Positions 51,762-59,340 of a stretch of 64,000 bases of DNA are shown here, piece after piece. Under the pieces are notes generated by a model that worked only from the letters and a program-made list of their open reading frames with translations, was not told the DNA's origin and searched no databases. Every line of letters starts with the position of its first letter. Position 1 is the first letter of the stretch. Made by a program: the position numbers and the translations under genes. This stretch comes from Nanobdellota archaeon (GTDB lineage Archaea > Nanobdellota > Nanobdellia > Pacearchaeales > GW2011-AR1): positions 30,027 through 94,026 of the forward strand of contig JBBTAN010000017.1 in assembly GCA_038044205.1 (NCBI GenBank), in the 5' to 3' direction.

Positions 51762-52970
51762 ATGTCTTCTTCTCTTATTGTTCCTGTCTGTCGCATTAAA
51801 AATAATAGAGAGCATCCTAATGCTTCCCTATTGGGTATTTGTGATGTCCTCGGATATCAAATGGTCGTCCCGCTCAAAGAGGCTCCTGATGGTCCTATTG
51901 CACGTTATTTTAAAAAGAATATGGTAGATGATAAGGGTAAGAAGATTCCAACTAATCAAGATGATCCTGAAGCTGAAGTTATTAATTTGGATTTTATGTA
52001 CCCAGAAGATAAATTAGTTGTATATTTCCCTTTCGACACTATTCTTTCTTCTGAATGGGCTTGTAAATTTGGTGTTCAATCTCTTCTCAAAGGTGCTAAT
52101 AATGATAGAGTAGGAAAGATTAAACTTAGAGGCGAACCAAGTTTTGGACTTGTTGTTGATATTCCTGAAGGTGTTGACTGGCAAGAAGGAACTAATGTTG
52201 CTGATTACTATGGCGCTATTAAATATGAACCGCCAGTTAGACAAATTTGTGGTGATGCTCATTATGCGGACCCTGATATTGATCCTTTCTTTGAAAAATT
52301 TACTGATGTTCAGAATGGTAGAATTTATACTGATATTTTTGAAGACGGTGAAGAAATCATTGCTACAGAAAAGTTGCATGGGTGCAACGGAAAAGTAGCG
52401 CTTATAAATAATAATTATGTTGCTGGTTCAATGAATCATAGAAGGAAGCGTCCAGTTAGGATGGAAGGTGAAAATGTTATTGAATGTTCTTTTGATGATA
52501 AGGAAATGAAAGAAAATATATATTGGTTTCCTTGGACTGTTTCTACTGTTAGGACAATGATGGAAAGTATAAAAAATATGGGGAATATTGTTCTTTATGG
52601 TGAGATTTATGGAGGGAGTATACAGAGTCTTACTTATGGAATTCCAAAAGGTAAAGGATTAGGATTCAGGGCTTTCGGACTAACAGTAAATGGTAAGTAT
52701 ATGGACTGGGACGATTTTGAATCAACTTGTAAAAAATATGGAGTTGATATTGTTCCTGTTATTTATAGGGGGCCATTTAGCATGGCTATTGCTAAACAAC
52801 ATGCTAATGGAAAAACTACTCTTACTAAAGATGGACAAATTAGAGAAGGAGTAGTTTGCTATCCAGTAAAAGAAAGAACAAATTCAAGGATTGGTAGATG
52901 TATACTGAAATATATTTCGGATGAATATTTACTTTCCAAACATCAAGATAATGACACAAAGGATATTTAA
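51762..52970 (+). CDS. ATP-dependent RNA ligase with N-terminal OB-like domain (Rnl5/DraRnl-like architecture)
   Basis: N-terminal VCRIKNNREHPNASLLGICDVLGYQMVV; motif I TEKLHGCNG (KxHG); later YGEIYGGSIQ, REGVVCYPV and ILKYIS in ligase motif order. Confidence 0.75.
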   Translation: MSSSLIVPVCRIKNNREHPNASLLGICDVLGYQMVVPLKEAPDGPIARYFKKNMVDDKGKKIPTNQDDPEAEVINLDFMYPEDKLVVYFPFDTILSSEWACKFGVQSLLKGANNDRVGKIKLRGEPSFGLVVDIPEGVDWQEGTNVADYYGAIKYEPPVRQICGDAHYADPDIDPFFEKFTDVQNGRIYTDIFEDGEEIIATEKLHGCNGKVALINNNYVAGSMNHRRKRPVRMEGENVIECSFDDKEMKENIYWFPWTVSTVRTMMESIKNMGNIVLYGEIYGGSIQSLTYGIPKGKGLGFRAFGLTVNGKYMDWDDFESTCKKYGVDIVPVIYRGPFSMAIAKQHANGKTTLTKDGQIREGVVCYPVKERTNSRIGRCILKYISDEYLLSKHQDNDTKDI

Positions 52971-52994
52971 ATAAAAAATAATAAATAAATCAAT

Positions 52995-53020
52995 AGGGGG
53001 CTTCTACAGCCCCTTATTTT
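52995..53020 (+). terminator. rho-independent terminator-like hairpin
   Basis: aggggc-ttctaca-gcccct followed by tatttt. Confidence 0.6.
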
Positions 53021-53042
53021 AATTGATAGTATATTTTCTCTC

Positions 53043-53077
53043 ATGCCCGGAGCAAATCGCTCTCAATGCCCTATTAT
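53043..53077 (+). promoter_or_regulatory. motif-1 element (ATGCCCGGA-N20-TATTAT)
   Basis: motif 2 follows 16 nt later. Confidence 0.6.
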
Positions 53078-53093
53078 TCGTTATAGGCCAATT

Positions 53094-53131
53094 CCAATTG
53101 ATCCGAATAAACATAATTTTCTTTTTATTAT
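53094..53131 (+). promoter_or_regulatory. motif-2 element (CCAATTGATCCGA-N19-TATTAT)
   Basis: the hexamer abuts the SD gaaaggag of ATG 53147. Confidence 0.5.
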
Positions 53132-53146
53132 GAAAGGAGAATAAAA

Positions 53147-53518
53147 ATGAAAATTTCAACATGTAATGTAAAATTAAATGGAGTAAGGTCGATAACGAAT
53201 AAAATATTAAAAGAATATGATTTGCCAGACATTAAAAGTATCAATGAAGGAGATTGTTATCGTTGGGCATGGGGATTTTACAAAAAATACGGTGGAACTC
53301 TTTGCACTGTAAGTTTCTATAATTATGGATTTGGTCATGCTTTCATTAAAATAAATAATAAATATTATGATGCGGAAAGTCCTAATGGAGTAAAGGATTG
53401 GAGAAATTTAAAATTATGGCCCAATGCTCCTATATCCGAAAGACAATATAATAATTTAAAAAATAAAAGAGTAATGAGAATGACAGTTGCTGAATATAGA
53501 AAATTTTGGGACTTTTAA
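53147..53518 (+). CDS. hypothetical protein, possible Cys-His peptidase-like fold
   Basis: GDCYRWAWGF..GFGHAFIKINNKYYDAE pattern; weak. Confidence 0.6.
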   Translation: MKISTCNVKLNGVRSITNKILKEYDLPDIKSINEGDCYRWAWGFYKKYGGTLCTVSFYNYGFGHAFIKINNKYYDAESPNGVKDWRNLKLWPNAPISERQYNNLKNKRVMRMTVAEYRKFWDF

Positions 53519-53530
53519 TGGAGGATAAAA

Positions 53531-53983
53531 ATGTCTATTACTTTTGATAAATCTATTGAGAATAAAGTAATAGAAATGTTAGATAGAGGACCAATTGATC
53601 TTATTATTTCAAGGATTTTAGAAGTATGGAATCCTTTTGATATATTAATGAGTAAAAATTTAGAAGAAGTTAAAATTGATGTATTGCACTATATAAAAAA
53701 CAAAGATTTCCAGAGAAAATATTTAGAAAATATATTTGGTTTAAATGAAAATTATATTAGAGATCTTAATTATGATATTCGCAGAATAGCTTGGTTTGTA
53801 TATAACGGTTGGGAAGATGCTGTAGATATTGATGTTGGCATAAATGGATTTGATACCAGATTTATTTGCCATGACGGCAATCATAGGTTGTGTGCGGCAA
53901 TAATAAAAGGAGATAAGACTATTAAAGCAAAAGTTAGTGGAGGTTGTGATATTATTTCTTATTATTGTGGATTAGTTGACTAA
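53531..53983 (+). CDS. ParB/Srx-like nuclease-domain protein
   Basis: FICHDGNHRLCAAIIKGDKTIKAKV matches the DGxHR core of ParB-like nuclease domains. Confidence 0.6.
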   Translation: MSITFDKSIENKVIEMLDRGPIDLIISRILEVWNPFDILMSKNLEEVKIDVLHYIKNKDFQRKYLENIFGLNENYIRDLNYDIRRIAWFVYNGWEDAVDIDVGINGFDTRFICHDGNHRLCAAIIKGDKTIKAKVSGGCDIISYYCGLVD

Positions 53984-53995
53984 AAAGGAGAATAA

Positions 53996-54277
53996 ATGAA
54001 TAAAAATTATTATGATATTCGTATTTCTATTTTATTGGAAAAGAAAAATAATATAAATGATATTATTTTTATATTAAATAGATTTTGTTCTGATTTTTCT
54101 TCAAAGGAGACAGAAGAGGGATTGGTTGTCAATTTTAAATCATTTCCCAGTTATTTAGAAGATAAAGATATTGCCACTGGGTTGAAGGATATTATTTTTG
54201 AGACTAATGGTAAACCTTGTAAAATTGAGATGATTTTTATCCATACTAAACAAGTAGAAAATAATTTCTTTTTCTAA
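53996..54277 (+). CDS. small protein, family D (1 of 6)
   Basis: YYDIRISIL..NGKPCKIEMIFIH. Confidence 0.6.
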   Translation: MNKNYYDIRISILLEKKNNINDIIFILNRFCSDFSSKETEEGLVVNFKSFPSYLEDKDIATGLKDIIFETNGKPCKIEMIFIHTKQVENNFFF

Positions 54278-54287
54278 AGGAGAAAAA

Positions 54288-54581
54288 ATGAATAAATTTT
54301 ATAGAATTCATATTACTGTGAAAGATTTGCCAAAAGATAGAATTTCTATTATTTTTGATAAATTGCAGGAATATCACTGGTCTTTTTGCTTAAACGATGA
54401 TGATATTTATCTTGATAAAGATATTTGTTATATATATTATTATACAGTAGAAGATGTATCTATTGTATATCCTCCTGAAGCTACCGAAGAAACAATTAAA
54501 ACAAGATTGAAAAATATTATAACTAATGATAATAAATATTTTTATGAGATAAATATCGTTTTGGAACAATGCAGTTGTTAA
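54288..54581 (+). CDS. small protein, family D (2 of 6, most divergent)
   Basis: FYRIHITV..; same size and position in the array. Confidence 0.55.
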   Translation: MNKFYRIHITVKDLPKDRISIIFDKLQEYHWSFCLNDDDIYLDKDICYIYYYTVEDVSIVYPPEATEETIKTRLKNIITNDNKYFYEINIVLEQCSC

Positions 54582-54603
54582 AACAAAAAAGGGAATAAAT
54601 AAA

Positions 54604-54888
54604 ATGGACAAAAATGAATATGAAGTTTCTATTGATATAGAATTTGAAGAAAATGATCGCGAAATAAGTATTGGATGTGCTTTAAAAAAGATTAGTAAAA
54701 CTTTTGCTTTTTATGGCGGGAATAATAAATTTAGAGCTTTCTCTATGTATGTAGAATCATATTTACTTGACCATGAACTTGCTGAATCAATTAAAAATGC
54801 TGTTTGGGACGCCAATAGAAGAAAATGTAAAATTGATATTAATATTTCTCATAGAGTATATAATAATTTTTCTTATGAAAGTAAATAA
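54604..54888 (+). CDS. small protein, family D (3 of 6)
   Basis: EYEVSIDI..NRRKCKIDINISH. Confidence 0.6.
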   Translation: MDKNEYEVSIDIEFEENDREISIGCALKKISKTFAFYGGNNKFRAFSMYVESYLLDHELAESIKNAVWDANRRKCKIDINISHRVYNNFSYESK

Positions 54889-54902
54889 AAAGGAAAATAA
54901 AA

Positions 54903-55205
54903 ATGAGAACGACTTTCAATATTGATAATATTCATAATTATGAAATAAGTATTGAAACTAAAGATGATATTCAATTTGACTTTATTTCAGAATCATTGAA
55001 GAAGTTTGGAAAATTTTATAGCAATAAATATAAAGATAATTTTGGAGGAAATTGGTATTCTGAAGGGATTTATACAGATCTTACAAAAGAGAATTTGCTT
55101 AAAGATATACGACAAACTATTTTTACTGCAAATAATCAATCTTTTGCTGTGGATATTATGATTACGTTCAATGTTAGAGAGACATATAGCTTTGATTCTT
55201 GGTGA
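54903..55205 (+). CDS. small protein, family D (4 of 6)
   Basis: NYEISIET..NNQSFAVDIMITF; stop TGA overlaps the motif-1 ATG. Confidence 0.6.
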   Translation: MRTTFNIDNIHNYEISIETKDDIQFDFISESLKKFGKFYSNKYKDNFGGNWYSEGIYTDLTKENLLKDIRQTIFTANNQSFAVDIMITFNVRETYSFDSW

Positions 55206-55239
55206 TGCCCGGAAAGAGTTTGTACAGGGTAAGTATTAT
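55205..55239 (+). promoter_or_regulatory. motif-1 element (ATGCCCGGA-N20-TATTAT-N5-GTGGC) embedded in a coding start
   Basis: exact 9-mer; the same nucleotides encode MPGKSLYRVSIIYCGK of the family D gene. Confidence 0.5.
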
Positions 55240-55525
55240 CTATTGTGGCAAAATTATGGTTAAAGGTGCAGATGAAAAAATGATTGGTGATATTTTTTCT
55301 AATTTGAAAAATTATATTACTTCCATCAATATGAATGAAACTAAATTTGGATTATATTTTTATGCTAATAAGTTCTCTACGGAATTTGATAAAAAACAAT
55401 TGTCTGAACTTCTTTATTGTAGAATCAATAGTATCAATGGAAAACCCTGCGATATTGAATTTTTTATTTCTCATAGTATTACAGATAGGTTTTATTTTCC
55501 TCTCCCTCAAAAGAAAGAAAAATGA
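55205..55525 (+). CDS. small protein, family D (5 of 6), apparently starting on the motif-1 ATG
   Basis: the homologous N-terminal strand LYRVSIIY (compare HYRVSVRII in 55809) lies upstream of the internal ATGs 55256 and 55280; NGKPCDIEFFISH. Confidence 0.55.
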   Translation: MPGKSLYRVSIIYCGKIMVKGADEKMIGDIFSNLKNYITSINMNETKFGLYFYANKFSTEFDKKQLSELLYCRINSINGKPCDIEFFISHSITDRFYFPLPQKKEK

Positions 55526-55794
55526 AAATGAAAAAGAAATTGTATTTGTATAAAATTTGGATGGATGGTGATGCTGGTTGGGACGAATATGATTCTGCTG
55601 TTGTTTGCGCTGAAAATGTAGGTGAAGCTAAAAGAATTCATCCTGGCGGTTATCCTTTTAATAGGCGCACTGACAAGTGGGAACATAATTATGGTTGGAC
55701 AACTGATCCTAATGATGTCCAAGTTCAGTATATTGGAGTTGCAAATAAAGATATGGAACCAGGTGTTGTAGTTGCTTCTTTTAATGCCGGTTAA
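55522..55794 (+). CDS. hypothetical protein, family A
   Basis: YDSAVVCAENVGEAKRIHPGG..VQVQYIGVANKDMEPGVVVASF. Confidence 0.65.
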   Translation: MKMKKKLYLYKIWMDGDAGWDEYDSAVVCAENVGEAKRIHPGGYPFNRRTDKWEHNYGWTTDPNDVQVQYIGVANKDMEPGVVVASFNAG

Positions 55795-55808
55795 AAAAAG
55801 GAGAGAAC

Positions 55809-56099
55809 ATGGAAAGTGAAAATCATTATCGAGTTTCAGTTAGAATTATTAATTTTAATGTAAATAAAGCATTATATATTCTTTCTTTTCTTTATGATTG
55901 TGAATTTACTATTTCTTGTAACACTACCCCTGCTATCTATGGATATAAAGAAGATTATTTTTCTCTTTGTGCAAATGAAAGTAATATTGCTGATAGTATT
56001 AGTAAAGAAATACTTAAAGCAAATAATGGTCAGTGCGATATCGAGATTGATATTTATACAAAGACTGAAAAGAAATATTCTTTTAAGGACAAGGAGTAA
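55809..56099 (+). CDS. small protein, family D (6 of 6)
   Basis: HYRVSVRII..NGQCDIEIDIYT. Confidence 0.6.
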   Translation: MESENHYRVSVRIINFNVNKALYILSFLYDCEFTISCNTTPAIYGYKEDYFSLCANESNIADSISKEILKANNGQCDIEIDIYTKTEKKYSFKDKE

Positions 56100-56102
56100 G
56101 AA

Positions 56103-56306
56103 ATGGAACTTCGCAGGTTAGGCAAGGAAGAAGTAAAAAACGATACTTTTCTTTTAGATCTTCCTATTGTTTGTGAAGGGAATCAAGATGCTATTGAATC
56201 TATGATTAAACAAATGGGTTTGAAGTGGGTGAGTGATAATAGTATTTATGGCGGTTATTGGGTTGATACCCATATCGGAGAGAAAACTTGTTATCTGCCC
56301 ACCTGA
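56103..56306 (+). CDS. hypothetical small protein
   Basis: 67 aa with SD. Confidence 0.55.
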   Translation: MELRRLGKEEVKNDTFLLDLPIVCEGNQDAIESMIKQMGLKWVSDNSIYGGYWVDTHIGEKTCYLPT

Positions 56307-56325
56307 TCTTTTTAAGGAGTAAATA

Positions 56326-56568
56326 ATGAAAGGGATTTCTGCTGAAAAGAAAAAGAAATATATAAAATCAACTGGTGGTTTTTGTATTTATTGTGGAAAG
56401 AAAAAGTTGGTGGTTGGTCCAATTTATTTTTATAGTTATGGAATTTTTAGAACAGTTATTTGTAGTTCTTGTAAAAAATTGTGGGAAGATAAATTTATTT
56501 TATCCAATGTTGTTGATTTGGTGGAAGATGAAAAGAAAGTAAGTAAAAAACAAAAAAGGAGTAAGTAA
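56326..56568 (+). CDS. zinc-ribbon protein, family N
   Basis: CIYCGK..CSSCKKLWEDKFILSNV. Confidence 0.6.
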   Translation: MKGISAEKKKKYIKSTGGFCIYCGKKKLVVGPIYFYSYGIFRTVICSSCKKLWEDKFILSNVVDLVEDEKKVSKKQKRSK

Positions 56569-56569
56569 C

Positions 56570-57286
56570 ATGAACGATGTTGAAATTGATGAGACTGTTG
56601 AGAAGATCAAGGAATTTTCCAATAAGGGTATCCCTTGTTATGTTTGGGGTAGGATTACTGGACCTTATTCTGGTTGTTTTTATCTTAATGTTATTGGTAT
56701 TGTGAAAGATGATAAGTGTTACGTAACCGCTGAACTTAATTCTTATCTTTCTTACAAGCAGTATGTCGCCCCTTCTGATTACAAGTCTGATTATCTTACA
56801 GTTGGTTGTGTAAAAATTGAAAATATTGAGGATGTTTTGGGAAGGGGTTATAGGGAGATTAAAGTTAAGCCCCTTACTGATATTGTTGAGGATGTTCCTT
56901 ATGCTTGTGTTGGACAGGTTATTGATATGATTGATGACCTTGGTTATGATAGGCCGGAAGGATTTGTTTGTAAGTGTTGCGATACCCCTTTTGAGGATAA
57001 GGATGATGTTATGTATCTTGAGGGAGAGTTTAGAGGCAATGGTGGTATTGGTATTGAAGTTGGTGCGCCAGTTTGTCAAAACTGCTATTTGGAACGTCAT
57101 TGTTCTTATTGTGGGGAGGAAATTGAAATTTATCAAGGGGATCTTGATGAGGATAGTCATTGTATTTATTGCTGCAAGGAAAAGATTTGTATTAAGTGTG
57201 GAGAAAAAATTAAAATTGATTGGTATAATAAGGAAAAGGATGTTGAGAATTTTATAAAGGGAATCTGTAGCGATTGCGCGGAGTAA
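56570..57286 (+). CDS. multi-zinc-finger Cys-rich protein
   Basis: 238 aa; CKCCD, CQNC, CSYCG, CIYCC, CIKCG and CSDC pairs; about 197 codons without TTA, CTA or TCA. Confidence 0.7.
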   Translation: MNDVEIDETVEKIKEFSNKGIPCYVWGRITGPYSGCFYLNVIGIVKDDKCYVTAELNSYLSYKQYVAPSDYKSDYLTVGCVKIENIEDVLGRGYREIKVKPLTDIVEDVPYACVGQVIDMIDDLGYDRPEGFVCKCCDTPFEDKDDVMYLEGEFRGNGGIGIEVGAPVCQNCYLERHCSYCGEEIEIYQGDLDEDSHCIYCCKEKICIKCGEKIKIDWYNKEKDVENFIKGICSDCAE

Positions 57287-57298
57287 AGGAGAGAAAAC

Positions 57299-57466
57299 AT
57301 GAAAAAGATTTTTATTGAAGTTAAAGGTGGAGTTGTTACAGGAGTTCTTACTGATATAGATACCAACCTTGATGTTATTGTTGTTGATTATGACAATGAC
57401 GATAAACCTATTCTACAAGTGCGAGAGGATTTTATCAAAGAAAATACAACTCATTATATCTACTAA
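57299..57466 (+). CDS. hypothetical small protein
   Basis: 55 aa, SD aaaggagagaaaac. Confidence 0.5.
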   Translation: MKKIFIEVKGGVVTGVLTDIDTNLDVIVVDYDNDDKPILQVREDFIKENTTHYIY

Positions 57467-57474
57467 CCATAAAG

Positions 57475-57500
57475 GCCAAACTTTAATTAGTTTGGCTTTT
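57475..57500 (+). terminator. rho-independent terminator-like hairpin
   Basis: gccaaact-ttaatt-agtttggc followed by tttt. Confidence 0.6.
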
Positions 57501-57532
57501 AATTATAGAGGCTAAATAAAAAAGGAGAACAA

Positions 57533-57908
57533 ATGCCAGAGAAATGTCTATTTAATAAAAAATATAAATTATATTATGTAAAAGATAATATTATTATCTA
57601 TGGCCCTCATGATAAATTAATAAATACGGATAATATATATGGTGATTGTTCTTTTATTTTTGGAGATGCGAAAAATATATACGGAACAGTTACTAATTTG
57701 ATTGGGGATGTTACAGGTTCTTCTGGAGATGTAACTTATAATTGGAGATGTTACAGGTATTAATGGAGATTTTAGTGGGCTTGAAGGAAAAATTAATTAT
57801 ATTTCTGATGAAGAAAGAAAAAATGGAATATCTGTTGAGGATTTATTGAAAGAAGAAAGAGAAAATAGAAATTGTTTGTCTCAAATAATGAAAGGAGAAA
57901 GTAAATGA
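57533..57908 (+). pseudogene. GD-repeat protein split by a frameshift
   Basis: ..IYGDCSFIFGDAKNIYGTVTNLIGDVTGSSGDVTY then stop; the repeat continues as LIIGDVTGINGDFSGLEGKIN.. in the +1 frame, open from 57735 and ending in an ATGA overlap with 57905. Confidence 0.55.
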
Positions 57909-58111
57909 ATGATAGATTTCTTGAGAAGAGGCTTCAGCTTTACAATAGATATTTAGTTAGAAAGTTACAAGGATTTTATTGGAGAGATGGGTTTTGGGGT
58001 AAAAGATCTTTTAGAAAATTATATCCTGTTGGCAATAAAAATAAAGGAACTCATTGCAGAACTATTAATTTTATTCATATTGAAAAGTATTGGGAATCAA
58101 GGAGTAAGTAA
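57905..58111 (+). CDS. hypothetical basic protein
   Basis: 68 aa. Confidence 0.55.
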   Translation: MNDRFLEKRLQLYNRYLVRKLQGFYWRDGFWGKRSFRKLYPVGNKNKGTHCRTINFIHIEKYWESRSK

Positions 58112-58411
58112 ATGAATTATAGTAATATTAGTAATGATGAATGGTCCGCTACTAAACATATTAGAAATGCTAAATTCAATTATGAATTAGCGGTATTTGA
58201 ATTCATGCGAGATAAATGGATTCTTGATCCTAAATATAAAAATAAATTTATTGCTATTCATAATGGAAAGATAATTGCTATTGGGGATGATTTTGTTGCT
58301 CTTGCTAGAGAAGTAAGAGATTTATCAGAGATAGAAGGACCAATTCCTATTTGTTTTGTTGAGGAAAAGAATAATATAGAACATTTTGATGGAACAGTAT
58401 TGTCGAATTAA
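58112..58411 (+). CDS. hypothetical protein (DUF5678-like pattern, weak)
   Basis: NKFIAIHNGKIIAIGDDFVALAREV. Confidence 0.6.
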   Translation: MNYSNISNDEWSATKHIRNAKFNYELAVFEFMRDKWILDPKYKNKFIAIHNGKIIAIGDDFVALAREVRDLSEIEGPIPICFVEEKNNIEHFDGTVLSN

Positions 58412-58433
58412 AAATAGTGAAAGGAGTAAGTGA

Positions 58434-58727
58434 ATGAATAAAAGTGATTTTCTTGGTCTTGTTTCTTCTTCTGTGGACAATAATCCTGATTGGGTGAAGG
58501 ATATTATGTCGGCTATATCTCTTGCTATTACAGATAAATATGAGAAAGAAATGAATAAAAAAGCAATTGCTGATGTTGCTATTTGTCATTTGATGAATGA
58601 AAAAATTAACTCTGAAAAGATCAATGCTTGGGGTCGAAGAGTTATTGTTAAAGCTATTAATGATGGTAGTTTTGGCGGGACTGAATGGGCAACTGAAATA
58701 ATTGAAAAGTTGACTAAAAAGGAATAA
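58434..58727 (+). CDS. hypothetical protein
   Basis: 97 aa with SD. Confidence 0.6.
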   Translation: MNKSDFLGLVSSSVDNNPDWVKDIMSAISLAITDKYEKEMNKKAIADVAICHLMNEKINSEKINAWGRRVIVKAINDGSFGGTEWATEIIEKLTKKE

Positions 58728-58730
58728 AAA

Positions 58731-59051
58731 ATGAACGATTATAAGACTGTTGTTGTATTTAGAAAGTTGAAAGATAGTGGAGATATTCTTGCTTTGTTCC
58801 CACAGGAGTATTCTGATATTACTGGAAATCTTTGTTCTTCTTTTGAACATGTAGGCGGTCATGGTGGGGCTGATTATTCTCATTGTATTAAGCAAACTCT
58901 TCCTTGTAATCCTGCTGAATATGAAGATACCAAAAACGAACTAGAAAAAATTGGATATGATCTTATTATTAAAAATAGTTCTCGGCCAAATAGAGATAAA
59001 AAGATCAGGTTGAGGGAATTGAAAGAATTGGACCTTAATAGGAGTAAGTAA
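58731..59051 (+). CDS. hypothetical protein
   Basis: 106 aa with SD. Confidence 0.6.
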   Translation: MNDYKTVVVFRKLKDSGDILALFPQEYSDITGNLCSSFEHVGGHGGADYSHCIKQTLPCNPAEYEDTKNELEKIGYDLIIKNSSRPNRDKKIRLRELKELDLNRSK

Positions 59052-59336
59052 ATGAATAATAATTATATTATTAGACTGAAAGATCTTTACAATGAAACTG
59101 TAGTGGCTATTGCAAAGAAATGTATGAATACTACTGATAATGTTTTCCCTGAAGTGCGAAACTATATTGGAGGTTCTAAAATGACAGCATTGGTAGTTCT
59201 TGCTTGTTGTATGAATAATAATTACTCTGATGTTTATGATGATATTGATCGTGCTATCTATTCTATGTCCACTGATGTAATGCAATCTATAGCCAATTGT
59301 TATTCTAATTCTATTGTTTGTTTTGGAAAGGAGTAA
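59052..59336 (+). CDS. hypothetical protein, family R
   Basis: LKDLYNETVVAIAKKCM..MTALVVLACCMNNN. Confidence 0.6.
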   Translation: MNNNYIIRLKDLYNETVVAIAKKCMNTTDNVFPEVRNYIGGSKMTALVVLACCMNNNYSDVYDDIDRAIYSMSTDVMQSIANCYSNSIVCFGKE

Positions 59337-59340
59337 ATAA

